From Bugula neritina (lineage: Eukaryota > Animalia > Bryozoa), in contig OZ037771.1 in NCBI GenBank assembly GCA_964035545.1, forward strand, positions 693,628 through 757,627: DNA of 64,000 bases. The letters run 5' to 3'. Positions 55,985 through 64,000 of this stretch are shown one piece after another. Within the stretch, counting starts at the first letter, position 1; every line of letters begins with the position of its first letter. The position numbers were made by a program, and so were the translations under genes. The notes below the pieces were generated by a model. That model made no database searches and was not told the origin of the DNA. It worked only from the letters and a program-made list of their open reading frames with translations.

Positions 55985-58299
55985 TTTTTTTTTAAAGTGA
56001 GAATATCACAGACACAGCTTTGAAGAATCAGTCACAGCTCTAAAGTAATAGTTATACTGCAAGGATTACCATCACAAAGCTAGCACTGTTGATAAACTTA
56101 CAGCATTTTACTCACCACGATTATTAGCAGCTGAACCTTAATGATTGCTGATGATGCAATGAAAGCTTGCACAGAGCAAACTACTTGTAAATAAAAGTTG
56201 ATCAAGTATACAAGTGGTCTTACTAGTTATCAGTATGAGTATCTAATCAAATTGATAGAGTCATAGACCAGCATAAGAATTTGCCAGAGTAAATAACATA
56301 AAACTTAACCAAAATATTAGCAGTATTTTAATAAAACCCTGGAATGAAAAAGCTTTCTCAATTGTATTGCCTGTTCACTTGTCTACTAGCTTATACTTTC
56401 CAATCAAAGTAATAACTTAAACTTTAAGTTTGAGTTGGTCGTATTTAAGGTTTTCATACAGGAATGCTAGAATTTTAAGAATGACAATTATTTTATTTTA
56501 TTAAAAGCTTCATTATAGCTACGAGTATTTTGAAAAGAAACACTACAGTTTAAGTTTCGAAATAAACAGTAACACTGATAGTGATCATTATTAATATTCT
56601 AATTGATATTCTCGCTCATTATTAAAAGTTAACTTAAACTTAAAGTTGATAACTATCATTATGATGATGTCAATTGTAATACGAGTAGCTATTTTCTATT
56701 GACCATAAATTAATTGATTTAGTTTCGTTTAAAAAATATACTTCATGTTGAATACTAGCAGCAAACACGAATATTTGTAATACTATTAGCACTAGAAAGC
56801 GTACTCTTGGTATAAAGCCAAGCCATCGATAGGGCTAGGCGTCGTCAGTCGTCACTGCACGTTGTCGTACTTACCGGCTGTCAGCTTCCTACTCTGATAT
56901 TATTTTTCAAAGGCTTTCAACACAAACTCTATTGTAATTAAACTACTAACAACACCGTTTAGCTGTTGGCTTCAGCACTATTTCAATTGGCAACAAACTG
57001 TTGAAATACATTACTTTAACTAGCAGCTCAGTGGGAGGAGCCCTTTCAGCTGCACTGACGATACAACGCGAATAAAGATGCATAATGAGCTCGCTGATTG
57101 TGGTAGTGTTTCTGAAGCGAACAACAACCAGCTCAGTGCGAACAACCATGAAAGTTGTTTAAAGGGTAGGTTATTTCTTAAAACCTATTACAACTGCTGG
57201 AGTTTTCAAGATTTCAACTTTAGCATAAAGAATACAACTCCCAATTGGACTAAACTAATAGTAGTACAAGTGAAATAGTAAATCAAATTCTACTGCTTCA
57301 TGAAATAGAATAGTAATCAACATATTTTTCTTACAGTTAAAACATATCATAGGCATGTATATAGAGAACAAATAGTTAATAGCTGTATTCAGTAACTTTA
57401 TTATTGTTTGTTAATCAATATAGTAATGATTTTAAAGGAGCTCAACATAATGCAGCTGCTGAAATTAAATTATTTAACAGTAAAATAAGCTGAGAAAATC
57501 CAAATAAAGAATGTCCAAGTTAGATAATGTCAATTTGGTAAAAAAAGTGTTATTAAATAGTTAACTCTATATTCTACACAACCAACTTACTCAGTCAAGC
57601 ACATAACCAGATCTGGGTCAAATTTAATGGTTGTCAACGTAAATTACATAATTTGATTACAACACTATATAATTACCTGATTGTAAAATACATATAAATG
57701 GTTAACTTAATTGTTGTAATTATGTTAATTGCAGTATTAGTAGTTATTGTCTATTTACATAACATAACATAGGGGAAACAGTTTAAAACTAATTCATGAA
57801 TCAGAAAGCATTTAAATTTTATAATGCTGAATAGAAACACAAACAGCACTCTTAGAAGGGCTAAAATTCTAGATCCAGGTTGACTTCATTTATTTTTGAG
57901 AAAAAGCAAGAAACTTTTTTGTAAAGTAGACAAAGTTATGACATAACTCTTTCTACTTAGATGAACTAACATTCTATAGATTATTACTATTTACTAATTC
58001 ACATACTGCTATACAACCTTTTATATGTTAAAATATAATTTAATTTAAAAAAAAACAGTGAATAAAGCTGAAACTGAATAAAATAAAATCCGAGACTGTA
58101 AACTTTTCTCAAATAAAATATTATATTAAAACTAGTTTTACCTGGCAGTATAACAATATGGTGGATAACAAATAATTTACCTGAAGGAGTAGCTCCTGGG
58201 AATATGATTAGAACTAAAGTGATTATATGCAAGTAGTGAAGGGAACACAACTCCTGAGTATATCATATCAACACCTCCACTACTCTGAGGCAGGGCAGT

Positions 58300-58694
58300 T
58301 GATTATGAATCTGCGACATTTCGAAAATTACAATTGGAAAACACCTATTTGGAAAAATAGACATATCGAAAATGGACAATAGGAAAATAGACATTTGGAA
58401 ATTGATATTGGGAAAATGAAGCATATTCAACATGGCCTAATCCAGAGGGGACGTTTAGTATCTGGTCGGGTTCAAAAAGCTTTTTGTAAACTTGAACAAT
58501 TTTAAATTAGAACTACTCCGTAACTAATTCTACTTCCATGATAGCCTAACTGATTCGGCCATTGTATTTATTTTTAAAAGCTATTTTGGAATTGACCAGG
58601 CCATGTTGAATATTTTTCATTTTCCAAATGTTTATTTCCCAATTGTCCATATCCCAAATAGGTTGTTTTCCAATCTGTCATTTTCATTATAACC
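58300..58694. mobile_element. Degenerate MITE-like inverted-repeat element between the oxidase paralogues
   Basis: ATTGGAAAACACCTATTTGG..ATATTCAACATGGCCT is mirrored by AGGCCATGTTGAATAT..CCAAATAGGTTGTTTTCCAAT; internal GGAAAA..GACA subrepeats. Confidence 0.65.
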
Positions 58695-58777
58695 TATGTT
58701 AGTATAAAGTGTGCAGCACTGCCTGATTTAGAGCAAGTTTTACATAAAAAGCCTATTGAAAGTTCTAGTAGTTTCCC

Positions 58778-61700
58778 TCAGAGTTTACTCTTCTTTTGTA
58801 TTTCAGGGGCTAATAACTTCGCAACCTGCATAGCACTTCCCCAGCTTCCACCAACTCCGTATCCGCCATGACCATAATTGTGTATTATCTGTAACCATAG
58901 CAACAACAGTTGTATATTATCTGTAACCATAGCAACCACAGTTGTGTATAATATGTAACCATAGCAACAACAGATGTGCATCACATGTAACCATAGCAAC
59001 AACAGTTGTGTATTATTTGTAGTCTGTTGATTGTCAGTGAGCAGATTAAACTTACTGGAGTTTTCTTCCCATTAAGATACTTGAATTCTTTTTCTATTCT
59101 AATTCCACCCCTTCGGTGAGGTCTAATTCCCGTGTACTCCTGTAGGACTTTGGCTCTCTAGATTAACACAAGTGTAGACAGGAAGTGATGCAATGACGTC
59201 TAGACTAATTACTCTCCATAGAACTAGCACTGAGTGGGTACACGCTGGCATGTGTTGAGTTAACTCGAGAACCATAGCAGTAATTACAATTCAGCTGAGT
59301 GAGTTTTGCTAACATCTTTTACACTTTGAAGTTAATAAATAAGTTAAATATTCTACTGCAGTTGAACAGCAAATAGAGACATAAACATCAGCTAATCAAA
59401 AGTGACAGTAGAAATAACACTTAAGGTCTGTTCACCTTCATTCCTGGGTGGAGTTGTCTGGCCATAGCTTCAAGGTCTCTTGATAAATCTGCGTCAACAC
59501 TTCTGTCTTCAACATCCTTGACGTAGGAGCCACCAACAACCACCTCATTACCACTACAGTTACACATTACCACTACAGTTACACATTACCACTACAGTTA
59601 CACATTACCACTACAGTTACACATTACCACTACAGTTACCACTACAGTTACATTTTACCATTACAGTTACAGCTTACCACTACAGTTACCACTACAGTTA
59701 CAGCTTACCACTACAGTTACACATTACCACTACAGTTACCACTACAGTTACATTTTACCATTACAGTTACAGCTTACCACTACAGTTACCACTACAGTTA
59801 CAGCTTACCACTACAGTTACACATTACCACTACAGTTACACATTACCACTACAGTTACACATTACCACTACAGTTACAGCTTACCACTACAGAGATACAG
59901 CTTGCAGACTTATTGATATAACAGAGACGGACAACAAATACAAACACTAAACACATAAGCACGAGATAGTAACAGTAGGCTACTAGTTACTATATTTTCA
60001 TACAAGTTTGCCGAGTTGCATAAGAAGACAACTCCTGTAAATCTACTTACTGCGGGAGGTAATAAAAGCTGGTGTGGGCATTTTCTGTTTTCTTGAAAAG
60101 ATCAATAAAGTAATTGAAATTGGTGACTTTTCCATCCGTTTCCATTCTTAGAAGTTGTCCTTTCACAGGATACATATTAGCATCAGCAGCTAGCTGTCTA
60201 CTCCCCAAACCAGTACAGTTTATAATCACATCATACTCCTGGGCCACCTAAACATACAATCATTTCAATTTATTATAATATATTCATGTAAAATGAGTTG
60301 GAGTTATCCTTTCTAAAAGTACTTCAATTGACTTGTCTGAGACTAAACAATTCAGTGATTACTTCACGAGCTGTTGCTACTATCCCAAAAAATAATATGC
60401 TGAATAACGGTAAAATAAATATCTCGATACACTTTAGAAGTTCAGAGTTGTCTTATACACATTGGAAATTCAGATTATCTTTCAAACAGTACAGTTAGTT
60501 GAAGATACCGTTTTACATTTTTTAGACATAATGAAAACTTTACACACATGCAGCAATTTGTTTGGATATGAACAGATGCCCAGTAATCTTGTAATCATAT
60601 TTCCTGTATGCATAGATGAACTGTAATGAAATTGTCGTATACTGCAAACCTGGGAGAAAGAGTGGACTTTACATCTCCTAATATGTCCTCCATTCCTATG
60701 GAACTTGTTGAGTAGATACGGTAAATATCTTCTAGTGTCAACACATACACTCTTTACATGCCACCCGGAGCTATAATATATTTACTATACAGTATGAGCT
60801 CCACTACTATACAGTATGACATGTATTACTATACAGTATGACATGCACTACTATACAACATGACATGTATTACTATACAATATGACATGCACTACTATAC
60901 AATATGACATGCACTACTATACAGTATGACATGCACTACTATACAGTATGAAATGCACTACTATACAATATGACATGCACTACTATACAATATGACATGC
61001 ACTACTATACAATATGACATGCACTACTATACAGTATGACATGCACTACTATACAGTATGACATGCACTACTATACAATATGACATGCACTACTATACAG
61101 TATGACAAGCACTACTATACAGTATGACATGCACTACTATACAACATGACATGTATTACTATACAATATGACATGCACTACTATACAATATGACATGCAC
61201 TACTATACAATATGACATGCACTACTATACAGTATGACATGCACTACTATACAGTATGACATGCACTACTATACAATATGACATGCACTACTATACAGTA
61301 TGACAAGCACTACTATACAGTAGGACATGCACTACTATACAACATGACATGTATTACTATACAATATGACATGCACTACTATACAATATGACATGCACTA
61401 CTATACAGTATGACAAGCACTACTATACAGTAGGACATGCACTACTATACAACATGACATGTATTACTATACAATATGACATGCACTACTATACAATATG
61501 ACATGCACTACTATACAGTATGACAAGCACTAATATACAGTACGACATGCACTACTACACAGTACGACATGCACTACTATACAGTATGAGCTGCACTACT
61601 ATACAATACGACATGCATTACTATACAGTATGACATGCACTAATATACAATAATTATGCACTACCACGTCTGGTAAGGCATAAGTCTCCTGCATTCCTCT

Positions 61701-62655
61701 GCAGACAATAGCACTGCCTTTCCAAACACTTTTGAAGATATCGGTTTTTCGACATCCTACAGCACACAGCAAACTTATTCTTAACTAAAACAAAAGAAAT
61801 TATAAGTGTCAAAATGCATTAAGAATCTACAGGAAACTACAAAAGTGAATCTGTTTTTAAAAAAACTGCAAGCATTAAAAACTGGCAATGTTGATTCTCT
61901 ACTAAGTCATTATTAGCCTGCAAAACAGGGGAAATAAAATTATGTATTCATTGTGATAACCACTCAGATTGAATGTCTTACACCAGATTCTAACTGCTTG
62001 ACTAGTTGCTGCTAACCCAAACCTACACTCAGTTGCTGACCATAAGTTGGAGTTATCTTAGCGTACACCCCGTCCACCTTCATCACCCCGTGAATCTGAT
62101 ATCTGTCGTCTGAACTCAGCTTCAGGAAGTGGCGACTTGTGTCGCACATCACTCTGGGGCAATGAATTAGAATAGAATAAAACTACAGCAGCTCACCTCA
62201 GTTTGATATATTTCTATTTATAATAAACTACTTCATGTAATAAAAAAGATAGATGGCTAATAAAAAATAGATGTTAAAGATTCAGGCATGAAATACAAAT
62301 GTAGTTGATATGATCAAATATTCAATGTGTAAACATACAATTGCCAAGACATGAATCTGCAACGTCTATCATTATAATGGTTCAAAAAATTTTAATTTCA
62401 AGATCACTAACATTTTGATCATTTTGCAGGTGTGAATATGAGTATAGAATCAATTGACACTGACTTAATTTGAGTATCTTGGTTGACTGAGGGATCGATG
62501 GTGCCTAGAATAACACCTCCAGCCACCAGGCTTACGATATCTTCAGGGGGAAACTTCTCTGACATGACAGTGACATCACAGTTAGCGTACGTTTCCTGTA
62601 TGCACACTGCTGTGCTCAGTCCTACTACCCCTGCTCCAATCACCACCACCTTCAT
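58778..62655 (-). CDS. D-aspartate oxidase / D-amino-acid oxidase family flavoenzyme, copy B (C-terminal SKL)
   Basis: Exons 62465-62655, 62027-62153, 61665-61756, 60650-60770, 60051-60247, 59436-59553, 59056-59157, 58778-58888. GAGVVG, NCTGLG, YTGIRPHR, IIHNYGHGGYG..SWG, PTS1 SKL; same intron positions as copy A. Confidence 0.93.
59548..59892 (-). repeat. 19-bp minisatellite spanning an oxidase-B acceptor (tgtgtaactgtag|TGGTAA)
   Basis: About 20 copies including 12-bp short variants. Confidence 0.93.
60783..61664. repeat. 22-bp minisatellite (ACTACTATACAGTATGACATGC)n filling oxidase-B intron 3
   Basis: About 40 copies running from donor to acceptor. Confidence 0.95.
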
Positions 62656-64000
62656 TTTTACTAGCAGACTATAAAATCATTATTGTATTTTCAATCAACA
62701 TTGTTCATGTAAACAGCAAACAACCAAAACAAATCAAATCAAAAACCATTGAGAATAATTTACTTTTTCAATACTGATTTGGAGCGCAAGTTTTAGTTGG
62801 AAACAATTTGGATTTGAAATTTATGTATTTAATAATTCAACTTCATTTATTCAAATGAATTTGTTGCAATAAATGTAATTGAAAACCACTGTACCTCTCA
62901 AGTTAACCCCAAATAACTTAATGAGTTAATGTTATCACCTCACTCTTCAAGTTTAGGTAATACTAATACTAATACTAATAGGTAATAGTATTAATATTAC
63001 CATTAGTATTACTATTAGACTTAGTATTAGTATAACTATACCAATCACTAATCACTAATCAGTAATTGAGTAATTGAAACTCAAACTAAAGGTGTAAATA
63101 AGTTTAAATGACCGAAGAGGTTGAATAATCATAATGTATGTGAAGACTCACAGAAAGTTTTTCCACTTTTTAGCTGTAGTTACACTTTATAACCTTTAGC
63201 AGTTTCAATCAAGATGATTCCAACAAGTGATCGATAAAATCACTATCAATTCAGGAGTGTTGCAGACTATGCAAGCCTGCAACAAGCGTGATATATTGCC
63301 CTTTAACCCTTTGTTTGCAGTAAAAACCTCTAGTTACACGCCCCTTTAAAGTTTTGCAAGAAAAGGCAACTCCGAATTAAATACACCTGCCTTATTGACG
63401 AAATACAAAGTAAAACAACTCCACAACACATATTTACTCGCCACGGATAAAGTGTGACTCGGAACATCTCTCACTGTTGTATGGAAAGCAATACCCTAAT
63501 TACAACAATAAGGACAGCACGTGGGCCGACTATAGTAATAGGGCCACTAATTAGACTATAACAATACAGTAGGTGATGGAATCACTATAATATTATACTT
63601 TTATTAGTAGACAAGCTGATGTGTTCCACAACACAAGCTCTTAATCTGCTAACAAAGCTATAACTTTATTATAAATGAGCAAAGTTATAAGACTTCAAAG
63701 ACAGGACATCAATAAAACATGATCTAATCATAAAGAGTGATTTAAAATTTAACAAATAACTAAACAAAGTTGTATCAAAATATTATTAAAAAAGTTGAAT
63801 TTTCAACAGTAAAAAATATAGCTGATTAAACGTTTGGTTAAAGCGGTAGGTATAATCATAGTAGAATTACCTATCATAAGTTATCACAAGTTAAGTAACA
63901 AACTTAACAAATAATGGCAGCAATTATTCTATAAAAGAACAAAACTACAGTCTAGTCTAACAACGGCGGATTACATGAATCAGGAAAATATAATTCTAGT

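Noticed and set aside
62700-64000. Possible gene at the right end of the window
   Set aside because: AT-rich, with no ORF or recognisable exon; probably upstream or intergenic sequence.

Overview
AT-rich, intron-rich animal genomic DNA (invertebrate-like; species cannot be established from sequence alone). It holds about nine compact spliced genes: the 3' half of CYFIP/Sra-1 (+), a C-type-lectin/mucin type I membrane protein (+), a membrane-anchored tandem-domain PTP-like pseudophosphatase (-), a large C2H2 zinc-finger protein (-), NUDCD2 (+), a cGAS-like/Mab-21 nucleotidyltransferase (-), an ADAMTS-like reprolysin ending in a transmembrane helix (+), and two tandem D-aspartate/D-amino-acid oxidase paralogues (-). 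There is also a possible orphan basic/acidic gene, three MITE-like inverted-repeat elements, a SINE-like element and a cluster of tRNA-like box A/B units. The most striking pattern is that many introns carry their own private minisatellite, and in many cases the repeat unit contains the exon-intron junction itself, creating arrays of up to ~10-18 decoy splice donors or acceptors. The oxidase paralogues act as an internal control because homologous introns have an array in only one copy. Most low-complexity ORFs in the track are translations of these minisatellites. Exon coordinates were read by eye from GT/AG sites, frame continuity and recalled family motifs.
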